Source: Paraspadella gotoi
Lineage: Eukaryota; Animalia; Chaetognatha
NCBI GenBank assembly: GCA_051294375.1
Contig: CM119264.1
Location: 557,173-621,172 of the forward strand
Reading direction: 5' to 3'
DNA: 64,000 nucleotides
Positions 1-29,825 of this stretch are shown here, in pieces. Made by a program: the position numbers and the translations under genes. How positions within the stretch are numbered: position 1 is the first letter of the stretch; every line of letters begins with the position of its first letter. A model generated the notes under the pieces. The model did no database searches and was not told the DNA's origin. It was given only the letters and a program-made list of their open reading frames with translations.

Positions 1-704
1 CGCCCAGAAGAATCTAAAAAAAAAATAAGAGAATTCTTTTTTCGTATTCTCAACTTAAGGACATGTTGACTTCTCGCGCTAACCCTATCCTGATATTTGG
101 CCAGCTGCAGTCCAGTCTCTCTCTCTCTCCCTCTCTCTCATATAGAGTCGTAAACAAAAGGGAAATGCGAAAATACAATGAAGCGACGAAAATGACAAAT
201 TTCGATTCTTTCTCCGAATCATTCGACTCTTCTCTTTCGATATCTGCATCTCCGTGGGATTTTATTTCTGACCTCCAAAAAATATCAGAGGAGCCGGTGT
301 ACTTAACCCCCTTTCTGCATACTTCGAAAAGAATTGACAAAAAAAACAGCTTGAGTTGATAACGTTTTGCATAACGCTTGAATGGACATTCAAAAGAGCT
401 TCGGTTGATAGAACGTGTGTGAGTTAACGCTTTAAATGACATCAAAAAAATTTCGTCCCACTGAGTAAATATCTAAATCGTGCTCTAAAAAAAAAGGAAA
501 ATCTTCAAAAATGCAATCCAAACCTTGAAAAAGAAGAGAAAATAATTGTGACTCGCTCTCCTCTCTCTCTCTCACACACACCACACGGACGCTCTCCTCT
601 CAGTCATCTCATTCAAATTTTCGAACAACAACGCGAATTTCCCTTCCCCACCCCTCGCGTCGATACGAGGTCACTAAACGCCAGGGAGACGCCTCCCCAT
701 CCGC

Positions 705-718
705 GTTGTCATGGTAAC
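705..718. promoter_or_regulatory. RFX X-box-like palindrome GTTGTCATGGTAAC (mirror copy 11650-11663)
   Basis: Close match to the X-box consensus. A second similar motif, GTCGTCATGGCGAC, lies ~100 bp downstream. Function is not shown and it overlaps a possible exon. Confidence 0.3.
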
Positions 719-1562
719 GCCAGTGGAAAAACAATCTTCCCGTTCCTCATCGTTTTTTTGCCATAGGAGGGCCACTCCTCCTCCTTTCCTTCCTCCTCCC
801 TCCTCCGTCGTCATGGCGACGAACGAGACGGCGACCGGTTGCTTCTCCTGCGCCTATCGCCGGGACTTCTCTCCCGCCGCGACGGATGTCGAGTTGACCG
901 AAGGATGCGACGCAATCCAATGGTCCTGTTACAAAATCCAACCGCCTTCGTTCCGCCAAAAAAGTGGGCGTGGCGACGGAAGCCGTCTGGATTCGCCCAC
1001 AGCTCTGCCGCCCAACGGCAGGCGATAATTATAACATTCCAGAAAGAAAAACGGAGTGATTGTGCGTGACGTAGTTAATAGCTTGTGATACATAAAATCT
1101 GACTCAGAGCGGCGGGCGCGTCGCTGTCCCCGACACTTGTCAAACGATGCGGCTCTCGTTACGTGCGCAGCAATTCCGGCTCGTCTTAGGTAAAGGGCTA
1201 ACCCACTAGTCCTTAATATTTAATTTTAAAAAAATTGACTATCAATTATAAATTTAAAAACGAAACGCGGCATGTATGGGGCAAAATAAGCCTTTGATGG
1301 CACCGGCTTAGGAATTTTGGGATTTTACTGAAAATTTATTGGCAAAACTTTAATCGAATAAGTTTTAAATTAAAAATGATTCTGTGTATCGTAATGCTAA
1401 CTTGTATCTAGCTTACTAGGGGGCAGATATTGATACTCACTCAATCATGTAATGCCTATCGAGAAGTTGCAGGGACCGCATTCATTATCGAAGTAGTGTG
1501 TAGGTCCACTACAAAACGGCAATACGTCTTTCCCCACCGCGCTCTCTCTCTCCTCCCCTCCA

Positions 1563-2900
1563 GCCTCGCATCCCTTCTCGCCCTGCATACGACGGAACAC
1601 TCCTTCCTCCCTCTGTGGTATTTGGGAATTACTGCGTATCGATTAATCGACGATTCGCGTATAACGTCAGAGTGATCCTCCAATAGAACCGATTCGTGAT
1701 CGGATTACATCCGTGGGCCAAGAGGTTGAGATGGCTTCGCATCGCAGAACCAAAGAAACGCCACAAGTGTTCCGAACCGAGGTGAGTCGAGAGAAAGAAA
1801 AATTGTATGAACCGAGATTTAAGATTTAATAAATTTGATAACATATGGACGTGTACCACGCGTAACATTTATTAAGAGCAATTATTTGAAAACCCCATTC
1901 AGCGACTGTGACACGTGCCTTCCTTACGAGGGACATTCAGAAGGCCGAAATAATGGTCGTTGCAAAACTTGGCGCAGACAAGTCGAAGCTCTATTAAAGA
2001 CTTAATCTAAAGAAAGTGTTAATCGTGCTCTACCGAGTTGGGTAAGGTGTCTGTCTCAATCTCTTATCTCTCTCTCTCCTCCCTTTCTTGACGACGTGGG
2101 ATCTACGTATTGAAATAATTTGTAACGATTTCTGATTCTTGCGCAACTGAATTAATTCCGACCCCACATCGTAAAAAAAAACCCAGTAAATTCTGGTTGC
2201 TGAAAAATTTCACTCAGCCTCTTCATCTGCGCTCATTCTCCTCTCCAAACCCTAAAGGTCCGGGCGTTTCGTTAGCCGCGTGGACACCGCATCAGTAGTT
2301 AAAAGGGACCGCGGTCGCGCTTAACCCGCCTGTAAGACGGCGTTACAGCCAGATCGAAAAGCGTTCAGGTGGGACTGCCTTAATGCTTCTATTATCATAA
2401 ACGCGCTTCTATTACTAAAGTCGACCTAACAATAATTTTCTCTTCTCTTAATAATATTCTTTCTTTTCTTTCCCGTTTTCCCCAAAAATAAAAGGCAACA
2501 CCATGTCCAACCTGGCTAAATGGGCCAACACGAACGTAATTAAGTTAAACGACGGGGCGCCCCCGCGACTCCGCCCCTCCGCCGACGCCCCCCGGTGCCT
2601 CGTCCCGCCAACATGTCGATACCACAACTGGTGTGTCATTGTAACGTCGGTCAAGTCCCTGGGTCTTTCTTGCTAAGGCGGCGAAACGCACAGCCTCGTT
2701 ACCGGCCAGCGGCGGGTCATCCCCCCACTGATCCGAACGATGCGGTGATCAACGCCGCCGTCTACCCCTTTGTCTCCAACTCCCCGTCACGCTCGACCGC
2801 GCGAGTTGATGTCGTCATTGTCCGTCGCGCTGTGAGAGTGAGAGCTGGCCGCTCCTGCCGTGCGTGTGCTGCGCGTGCGCTCCCACGCGTGCCGGTCTGA
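1563..2900 (+). pseudogene. Error-ridden inverted copy of the Cys-rich gene at 9536-10786
   Basis: Same exon order and donors (GTGAGT ~1782, GTAAGG ~2043) as the minus-strand copy, but with dense 1-bp insertions. Probably an uncorrected read rather than a true pseudogene. Confidence 0.5.
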
Positions 2901-3837
2901 TCGCATGGGTTGGTTGTATCGGTCGCGTGAGTTTCGTGCGGGTGGCGTCGGGGGCGTGTGGTCAGTTGTGGTGTGTAGGTTGAGGATTAGTGACGTATTT
3001 GAAGAGTGGCGGAGAAGCGGGCAGAAAGCGAGAGAGGAGCAGGAGCACGATGGCGTTGCGCGCGAGGTTATCCCAGGGAGTACCTAGAATAGTGGGGGTG
3101 ATAGGCGCGGAAGCTGTGTGGCGAGAGATGAGGCGGTGAGAGGTCGTGGAGGGAGAGTTCTTTAAGCTAGATGAGAGGCAAGGCTTAGCCTTAGAGGGTA
3201 AGTGTAGAATTAAGAGTTACCAGATTTGATTTTCCGATAAAATTGCTGAGAGAGTGTGGTCGTGAAGAGCGAAGCGCCCGAGGAATCTGGGTTTTCGTTT
3301 GAGGTACGTGGGTGAAGAAGACAAGAGGATGCGTATAGTTTGAGAGAGAGGAATGGACGAGCGATGGAGGAGAGAAGTGTGAGCGGTGGTGTGAGCATGA
3401 GTGGGAAAGTGTTGGGCGATGAACAGAATTGACGGTGTTGGTGACATTGTTATAGTTCCAGAAAGAGCAGCCGGGTGCTCATCTGCTGTGGTAACTATTT
3501 ATTGTTTAACATTCAGCGTCGTGTGAGAGATTCCGAGGTTTTTCTGCATGGATAGATAAAAATGTGGTGTGCCTGCGAGGCCGGACATGCTTCCTTAAGT
3601 GTCGGGGGTGGGAGATGAATTTTACCATGTTTAATGAATACGAATTATTAAAATGTTTGAGTGTGGGTGAAAGAGCAGAGGCGCGAAAGCCTGAGTGGCG
3701 AAATTAAAATATAACAGACGCCTGCGCTCTCGAAGCAAGTAGCTTACCTTTGAGCGCCTTTGTAAATTCCGCCATAGAAATCTTTTTGCGCAAATTTTGA
3801 TCCTATTCCGGCTCGCGAGTTTCGTAAACCTCTGCGN

Positions 3838-4568
3838 NNNNNNNNNNNNNNNNNNNNNNNNAGTACCTTGGCTTCGAAGCGCAGGCGTCTGTTAAATTTT
3901 ACTTTGGCCCAATAGGCTTTTGGCTTGTTTTAAATAAAAAATTTAANNNNNNNNNNNNNNNNNNNNNNNNNNNNNNNNNNNNNNNNNNNNNNNNNNNNNN
4001 NNNNNNNNNNNNNNNNNNNNNNNNNNNNNNNNNNNNNNNNNNNNNNNNNNNNNNNNNNNNNNNNNNNNNNNNNNNNNNNNNNNNNNNNNNNNNNNNNNNN
4101 NNNNNNNNNNNNNNNNNNNNNNNNNNNNNNNNNNNNNNNNNNNNNNNNNNNNNNNNNNNNNNNNNNNNNNNNNNNNNNNNNNNNNNNNNNNNNNNNNNNN
4201 NNNNNNNNNNNNNNNNNNNNNNNNNNNNNNNNNNNNNNNNNNNNNNNNNNNNNNNNNNNNNNNNNNNNNNNNNNNNNNNNNNNNNNNNNNNNNNNNNNNN
4301 NNNNNNNNNNNNNNNNNNNNNNNNNNNNNNNNNNNNNNNNNNNNNNNNNNNNNNNNNNNNNNNNNNNNNNNNNNNNNNNNNNTCGTAAATTAAATTATTA
4401 ATGTAGTATTTTTAAAATATACTTTTGTTTGTACCACCGTATCAAGAAAACAGATTTCGGGGTTGTTTNNNNNNNNNNNNNNNNNNNNNNNNNNNNNNNN
4501 NNNNNNNNNNNNNNNNNNNNNNNNNNNNNNNNNNNNNNNNNNNNNNNNNNNNNNNNNNNNNNNNNNNN
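3838..4568. other. Assembly gaps with small islands duplicated from 8600-9000
   Basis: Three N-runs. 3862-3947 matches ~8608-8700 directly and 3650-3750 in inverted orientation. 4383-4468 matches ~8909-9003 directly. Confidence 0.9.
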
Positions 4569-4769
4569 CACTGAGGATCAAAGTTGAGTTGGGAGAGGGT
4601 ACTGGGGGGTTGTGGAGCGGGGGTGGTGTTTTCTCTATTTTTTTATTTTTAATATGAAAAAAAAGTTTTGATTGACTAAGACTAAAATAATGACAATCGT
4701 TAATCAATGACTAATGTAATTAAACTCAATGTGACTATTGACAATTGATTCATGTAATGACAATTAGCA

Positions 4770-5006
4770 CTGATATTTGACGCTTGACGATTCACATTTA
4801 CAAATGGCAGAGAAGAGATAGAAGTCTCCAAATACCCGCATCGCCTCGTCCCCAACGACCCTCTCTTCATACCTCCGCCCGTCGATCTGCCCGTCGAGTA
4901 TCTCCTCTTGAAGGCCAAAGGCTACGTCCCTCCCAAGCCGGCCAAGAAGGGAAAAGGGAAAAAGGGAAAGAAGGATAAAAAGGGAAAAAAAGGGAAGAAG
5001 AAATGA
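4770..5006 (+). CDS. Terminal exon of an unidentified protein with a Lys/Gly-rich tail
   Basis: Reads ...NGREEIEVSKYPHRLVPNDPLFIPPPVDLPVEYLLLKAKGYVPPKPAKKGKGKKGKKDKKGKKG.., with TGA at 5004-5006 after a probable homopolymer error. It is a GC-rich island in AT-rich flanks; second copy ~6700-6970. Upstream exons not found. Confidence 0.45.
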
Positions 5007-5460
5007 ATCGAAATGAATGGAAATGAATATAAATGAATATTATATACGTGTGGACGACGCTTATAAGTCTCCTTTTGAACAGAATATTAATATTAATATT
5101 TTTTTTTAATATAATTTTTTCCTTCCATTTGATATTCAGACGAGAGTTAGACTTAGGTTAGTCATAAATTAGAATCATATTAATTCTGTTGATAACTCTT
5201 TGAATTTTATTCTACATTTTTTTTCTAATGATGCGCTGTCTTCAATAATTCATCGCCGTTTTTATTCCAGTTTGAATACACGCTCACCCGTTTTGCTAGT
5301 CTGCACCCAGAACGTCGGAGAAATCTTCAAATTACTCAAGAAAATTTAGTCATGCAGGATTGAGTGGAATTTTGACGCCATTTTCTTGTCAATTTTATTA
5401 TTATTATTAATATTAATATTTATTATTATTGTTTGATGATAATAATGTTTTAAATTATAG

Positions 5461-22449
<16,989 letters not shown>

Positions 22450-23358
22450 AGTTGGAAAGATAAAAGTACATTTTCAAAAAAGAAACAAAAAAAAGATGAT
22501 GAAACCGATTTTTATTTTTTTTTTTCTATTTGGAACCAAAAATAAAAAGAAGAAACCAAAAAAGCAGACGCAACCCCCCCCCTCAAAAAAAAAGAGAGAC
22601 CAAGTGTCTTCGCTTTCTCGATGTCAAATCTTCGTGGAATCAAAATGGAATTCCAAAAAAAAAAAAAAAGGGAAAATCCTCTTGGTACTTTCTGGGTATA
22701 ATTTTTTTTCTAAATCATTAACTTTTTTTTCATCTTTTACTCGCTCTAATTTTACTAACGAAGTCTTTCTACGTGAAGACTACCGCTTCTTTGACCGAAA
22801 AAGTTCTTATAAGTTGATTTCACTTTTGGCTCATGGATTCGCCTTTTCTAAAAATCTACAAACATTTTTTTTTTCGTTTTCAATTTCGCAAATTTTTTTT
22901 TTTTTTTTTTGAAAATGCGACCAAAAATTTACGATCTCTGATATTCTTCGTCTATAATAAACTTTCGTGTTTTAGAATTTATACAGTGATTATATTGCAT
23001 AACTATATTTGTTCTCATAGTCAAACCTTTTCTTGATCCTCATGTGTGATTTTTTTAGCTAAGTCTTCAATAAACAAATTTGTCATTCGGGTGAATTAAA
23101 TATGTATTAATTTTCTTAGACTATGAAAGTTTGAAAAAGAAAAGTTATTTCATATTCAACAGTCGATTATTCTTAATACAAAAAACGTATAGTTATTTTA
23201 AGACGAAAAAAAAGATGTCTTGTTGGCGATTTATATATATATATATTTATCTTCGTTTTAAAACACGACCGAAATATTATTTATTTTGCTATTTCCGTTT
23301 TTTAAAAGAATGAAAATAATTAAATTCTCGTCCGTCGGTTGACTCAAAAAAAAATAAA

Positions 23359-26300
23359 ATGTCTGCCGCTGATTCGTTAACAACAGCAGGAGCCGCAACC
23401 GACGCCGCTTCCTTCCTGACGCGCCTCTCCATCTGGGAAGCGTTGCTCATTTGTTGGACGATCCTCGTGGCTTCGTCGATCCTAGTCGTCGTCTTCGTCA
23501 TCTTCTTTCTCGATAACCTCAAAGGTCGACAGGCGCGCCTGACGACCGATTCCGTCCTCGATCTCATTCGCTCTCGCCTGTTGCCAGTCAACGCCATCAA
23601 TCATTGGCGCCTGGCGCTTTTCGATCAAGGCGTTTCCGTTTGGCGCCGCACGGTGGCGCGAGATTCGCTTCCTCCGAACGGAGATCGACCGACGTCGGAT
23701 CTTCGCCTCCACGCCGCGTTCGGAGTCTCTTTCGCTCCGCCCACCCTCGCTTGGGACGCCGTCAAGAGTCTGACCAAGAATTTAGAATGGAATCCTTACC
23801 TTCAATACTTACAGCCTTACCCGCCGCCTTCGTCGTCGTCTTGCCTCACCCATTCATCTTTCGGTCGAGATCACGTGATTCAAGGTTCCTCCTCCTCCTC
23901 ATTTCGCTCTTCCTCCCTTCTCGATTGGCTCGCCGCCCGCTTGATAGGCGACGCGGCTTGCAAGCAGCTTTCCGTGCTAGAGCGTCAGTGGCTCCGACCC
24001 GTGGACAACTCGGACGCTTGCTGGCTGCTCACTAACGACACTCAGCGACTCGGATGGACGTTTTACGCCTTCGAACCTTTCGTGGGCGGAGGAACACACT
24101 CTCGATCGTCGCCCGCGACATGGGTCACTTTGATCGCTTGCTCAGAGGCTGGACTGTCCCGCTTCTCCGCTCCCGACGAAGCGGCGGCGGCAACGGCGGC
24201 TCGGTTAGCTTCGCTGCTTAATTTTGTTTCTCTGTCGTCGTTATCGTCGTCGTCGTCGTCGTCTTTCCTCTCCGGTCCTCACGCCTCCGCTGGGAACGCT
24301 CACATTCTCTTTCCGCCGCAGGAGCGCCCGGGGAATCCCCCGACGCGGCGGAGCGGCGGCGAGGATAGAAAATGCCGCAGCGCGACGCTGCCGCTGGAGA
24401 CGGCGCGATCGTCACCGAACGTTGGGGTTCGACGGAGCGATTCTGCGAGATCGATGCGAAGGGAAGGAAAGAAGGAGAAGATGGTAAATAAAGAGAGAGA
24501 TAGAGAGAGATGAGCCGGACAAAGACCGAGATATAGTGCGCGTGGGAGAGAGAGACACACTGACAGACGTATACAAAGTTAGACGTGGAGGGATAGAGAG
24601 ATGGAGCTTCCAATAATTTTCGTATCCCTCAAATTTTCCTTTCGAAACAATTTCCCCCCTAAAGGATCCGAAGACCCGCGACGAGATGTCGCCTGCGTCT
24701 TTGGCGACGTCACCCGACGCCACCACGCCCATCGAGGTTGCCATCTCATCTTCTTCGATCTCCGACGCCGCCCCTGGTACTGACGCTGCCACCGCCACCG
24801 CTGCAGAGGCGTCAACGCCAGCGGGTCCATCCACGAGTCCGGATTTGTGTCCGTCGGTCCGTCCATCGACGGCTACGCCTCCTTCGCCGGTGAAGGGTGA
24901 CGTCGATGAAGTTGGATATCAAGTGATCGCTAATCAATCGGCGGCCGGTGAGATAAAGCAAGCAAAGCGCCAAGCATGGCAAGCACTTTTTAAAACTCCC
25001 TTTTTTGTTCTCCTTTTCCTCAGATTCGCTTGCCAAAGTTCTCAAACTTTTGATAAATCACTGATAAATCTTTAATGAATCTTCCTCAGATTTACTGTCT
25101 CAGGTTCTCAAAGCTTCGTTGATAAATCTTTGATAAATCACTGATAAATCTTTAATGAATCTTCCTCAGATTTACTGGCCGAGGTTCTCAAAGCTTCTTT
25201 GATAAATCTTTCTTCGTCCCACGCGAAGCAAAGAGAGGCCACAGATGGTTGGTTCTTCGCAGGTAATTTTGAAGGGGATTTAAAAAATTGAATTAAACTA
25301 TGTTCATTAATAAACAAGTTATCTATTAAATACCTAAAGGAGTGGTCATTTTTTTAGAATTAAAGCATTCTCTAAAAGATTATACAACTTCATTGATAGG
25401 AAAGCCAGGTACTCTGGAATTGAATAAACTAGACATGTTTGAAAGTTGGTTATGGTGATGGAGGCCGTAAACGACGATACTCAGAGGGAAGATTGCTTTT
25501 TTTTATATTAGTTGAACCAATTTCCAAAACATTCGACTAAATGTTCGATTATTGAATTAAGTACGTCCAATGATTACTGCATTAGTGCATTTAATTATTC
25601 CTCCGAAAGCCATTGACCCAAAGAGCATCTATCCCTTTTCCTCTGGCAGGAATGGAAAAGGACGTTGTGATTCTCAAGAAAGACTTACCCAAAGAAGCCA
25701 ACCTTGTCTGTTACTTGGGTAAGGGAGTCATTCCAGTTCCACCAAATGTCGTTTGCAAGACATTACGAAATCCTCAATCTAGGTGAATTGATATTACTGT
25801 ATTATTGTTTAGTATTTTATTATTATAATACTGTATTGCTTCTCTTTTTTTAAATTTTTGTAAATATTACTTGACTGATAGGGAAGCTACCGGTACACTG
25901 GGAGTTAATAAGCGAGACTGCGAAAGAAACTTAATTAAAAACTTGCCAAATCCCGCTACGTTTATATTATGGCAATGGGGAGACATGCGTGATGCACGGG
26001 GTGTGAGGCATTCCCCGACAGCTGGCGCTCAGGGCTTTGGACCTGCAGTCACCACCCCATGTTACTAGCGTGTTTAATAAACTGTTTATGTCGACGCTAT
26101 CACACTTTAACCAGCGTGACCGTGAGGGGATTCATTCAATCCGGAACTCACGGTTGATGAACGAGAACTCAGCTGTCCAAGCCAATGGGACTAGCTGAGT
26201 TTCACCAAGCTATACTAATACTAAAATATATCCCGCTTTTTCACTAAACTAACGTATACTTTTATATCGATTTGAAATCAATTGAATTACTTAAATTTAG

Positions 26301-26839
26301 ATTCATGTACGACGAACAATTGAAAAAATTAAACATTCTACACGAATTCGTTTCCTCTTCACCCGGAAATTCGTCGTCGTCGTCAGATCTTAAGATTCTT
26401 CATATGCATCACGAGGTGAAAATAAAATGAATATGATTGGTTGATTCCTGTTCCGTCTTGACCAATCAGAATTCGTCGATTTCATTTTCTTGCGGTGATC
26501 CTATTTGATTTTGGTGGTTTGATACTCCTGCGATGACATGATAAGACGTTTATAGTATGCGTATCGGTGGTCAATATTTGATTAATTAATTAATTTTAAC
26601 GCTTTTTCGCCTTGGCTATGGCAATCTACTTCAAGATAACTTTTTCAATTTTTTTTTCTTGCTCTTCCTTTTCCTCCTCTGTTCTTCTTTATTAATATAA
26701 TTATTTATAATACTAAAATTGTCTTTTCTTCTCTTTCCTTTACTTGTCTTTATTCCTTTCCATGTCTGTTTTCTTTTTCTATGCCTCTTCCTTCCCTTGC
26801 CTTTCCCTTGTCTTTCATCTTCCAAACTCACTCTCTCTT

Positions 26840-26870
<31 letters not shown>

Positions 26871-26911
26871 TTCTCTCTCCATCTCTCTCTCTTTCTTTCT
26901 CTCTCTCTCTC

Positions 26912-26942
<31 letters not shown>

Positions 26943-27846
26943 CCTCCCCCCCCTCTCCCTCCAGATCAGCCACATGCTCCGACGTCAAACCCGCGATACT
27001 TGCGCCCTCCAGTGCTACCGCGTCCACGGAGAGAGACACGTCATTTCCCTGCGAAGCGTCATGTGGCCGACGTGTCCGGACATGTCGGACGCGCGGCAGA
27101 GGGGCGCCGAGTCGGGCAGCCGTATGACCCTGTTACCGTCCGGTTGGGTCATCGAACCGATAACGGGGTCGTTGCCGGGCGAGAGGCGAGTTCCTTGTTC
27201 CCTTGTTTTTTTGTTTCTTTTATTGGTTACATATTCGTACCAATAGTTTTATGTTAAAATCTTAAAATTTCAAATTAAGATAATAATATTTTATAATAAT
27301 ATATTCCTATAATATTATTATTCAGAATAAAATTTTATAATAAATTTTGCGAGGGCAAGCTATTTCGGTTAAAGCTTCCTATTTCCTTGTCTCTCTATTT
27401 TAATAAATGATGAATAATATTTATTTTATTTGAATTTGGTTCTCAGCGCGGAAGGTCAGATAAGCGAAGAGCGAGTCGCCTTAATCTCATGGTCAGTTAT
27501 TTATTTCAAGTGGATCTCGGCGGCGGGAAGAGGTAAGTTCTTTTCTCTCTTTCCTCTCTCTCCCCTTCTCTCTCTCTCTCCTTCTCTCTCTCCCTCTCCT
27601 TTCTCTCTCTCCCTCTCCTTTCTCTCTCTCCCTCTCCTTTCTCTCTCTCTCACTCTCTCTCTCTCCTTTCTCTCCCTTTTCTCTCCCTTTTCTCTCCCTC
27701 TTTCTTTATCTATTTTTTTAATTCTCTCTTCCTTCTAGTCGGATTATTCATCCGCTGACGAAGGTTGGACAAGTTTCGTTAAGAAACAACCCAACGCCAT
27801 CTCCCACTTGCGTCAATATCTCGCGCCGAGTGACGGGTCCGAGTGA
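23359..27846 (+). CDS. Transmembrane protein with START lipid-transfer domain(s); C-terminal domain resembles the STARD9 type
   Basis: Exons 23359-24483 (N-terminal TM, then ..HWRLALFDQGVSVWRR..EWNPYL), 24665-24947, 25170-25262 (..DGWFFAG), 25650-25782 (MEKDVVILKK..YLGKGVI), 26301-26415, 26965-~27185 (RDTCALQ..LLPSGWVIEPI), ~27450-27531 (VSYLFQVDLGG) and 27739-27846 (FVKKQPNAISHLRQYL..*). The last junctions need an indel correction. Confidence 0.75.
25975..26062 (+). repeat. Dispersed repeat, inverted copy at ~48757-48836
   Basis: GGGAGACA..GTGAGGCAT..CCCGACAG(C/G)TGGCGCTCAGGGCTTTG(G/C)ACCTGCAGT is present at both sites. Confidence 0.75.
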
Positions 27847-29825
27847 AGAAAGTGACCCGAGGGGGAAGGGCCGCCGGAGGAATTGTCGAAGTTATTATTT
27901 AATAATTTGAAAGAAATATTTTTTAAATCACTAAATTCGATTTAATCAAACTTTTTCACATCTTTTCCAGTTTTGATCTTGGTCTCAAATTTCAATAATT
28001 GTGTTGTCCTTTGATTTTAGTTTTTACTTCCAATCTGTTGTTTCATTTTCCTGTCTTTTTTTTCAAATCGTTTAAAAAAAATATAAATGGTTCATTTTGC
28101 GTATTTTTTTGGTTTTATTCTCATTGACGGACTCGTGAAAGCAAAACTACGTCGATAGCAAAAATTATTCACTTAGACCGGAAGCAGATGACAAAGTTCT
28201 TAATTTGTTCCAGATTGTATTATATTAAATAACGTTATAAAATAATTATATATATAGTTAATTATTTATTCAATAGAATACAATTACTGAAATCAACGGT
28301 GATCAACGAATTATCAAATCAATTAATAACATTAATAAACAATAATTAACGAGATTTATGTAGAGGTGAATTTCTTTCGTAGTAATAGTAATAGCGAATA
28401 GTTTTTTTCACTCAAAGTTAAAAGCTAGATTTTACTTCATTTTTGAATCTTATAAATAATTTATATATACGATGACCAATGTGTCTAAAAATATCTGACA
28501 TTGTCAGAATGTTAATATAGTTGGTGTTGTGCAAAGCCTGCTGGCCTCCTGCACTTGAGTCTCGAGATCGATTCCATTCCATTTCATCGATTCAATTTCA
28601 TGACTTTTATTTTAGTTATAATAATAATAATAATTATTCATGTACAATATATCTTAGACGAGATAAGTAAAACCCAAATTGAATGAAAAGTCAATCTTGG
28701 ATCCATGATTCCACAATTATTCCGGTTATTGTATTGACTATGCAAATTTAATCATTAACCGGGATTTTGCGGTCGGTAATTTGTTTTTCACTTTTTATGA
28801 GCGATATATTTAAAGTTCATTATGCAAAAAAGCTTCATATCAAACAAAGAAAAAAAAAAATATGTTATAAGCACGAAACTTTATATTTAAAAATTTATTT
28901 TAAAACTACCCTAAACTCTAACCCTATCTTAATTATCCTAATTCCCCAACCCTAACTACCCCAATCCTTAACTACCCTTAAACCTAACTATTTTTAATCT
29001 AATTTTTAACCCAATTTGATAACCGTTTAAAAAATAACACAAAAATAACCCTAAATATCCAAAAAATTTTTCATCTAGAAAAAAAAATTTTAAAATGTAT
29101 TATTACGTAAACTGAGATTCGAGCTAAAGGAAAACAAAATTCAAAAATCACTGACCGTGGTCGCTAAGGTTGGTTACGGTCGTCTAATAGTAAAGTTACC
29201 GGGGAATACTATTGTACTCCGCACTAGCATCAAATACAAGGAACTGAATTTTATATAAAAATTATCCATTCATCAATAAATTAGCTATTTTGAGATCCTA
29301 GGTAATAAGTCCAATGAAAATAAAGGTCATTAACCCTACGAATAAATTCCCTTTTTAAAATCACGCATCTCTAACGCGCATGTCAATAGCATGTTAACAT
29401 ATCAATAACATGTCAACATGTCAATAGCACGTGCGACGAGTTTTTCCTCGAGTTTTTCTTTCCTCCGATGTTCATTTCTTTCCTCCCTTTTTTTTCTTTC
29501 CTCCGCGTCCTCTTCTTCCTCCTCCTCCTCGCGTGCTTCTTTCCACGGCTTCTCTCTCGCTCTCTCTCTCTCTCGCTCTCGACGCAAAATGTCTCTCGAT
29601 TTTCATATCAGGCGAATTTACCAATTTTCCTGATTTTACGGCGACGTTTAATTAATTCATTCATACTTGTAAAATTTAACTAAAAACTTACAAAAAAACA
29701 ATCGGTTAAGTTGACTGGTCACGAAGTCACGTTCCATTTGCCAGAATGCGGGGAGTCGCATGGAATGATTAATAACCGAAGAAATTAGTTGAAATTCATT
29801 GATTAATTGATAAAAAAAAAAGAAA

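Larger units (their letters stand above)
1..3837. repeat. Left arm of large inverted duplication (mirror of ~8500-12270)
   Basis: ORFs 548-766(+), 711-1028(+) and 839-1069(+) are identical to 11602-11820(-), 11340-11657(-) and 11299-11529(-). Identity is near-perfect over ~540-1475 vs ~10890-11830. Outside that the copies are indel-rich, and 2940-3650 is heavily insertion-laden. Confidence 0.95.
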
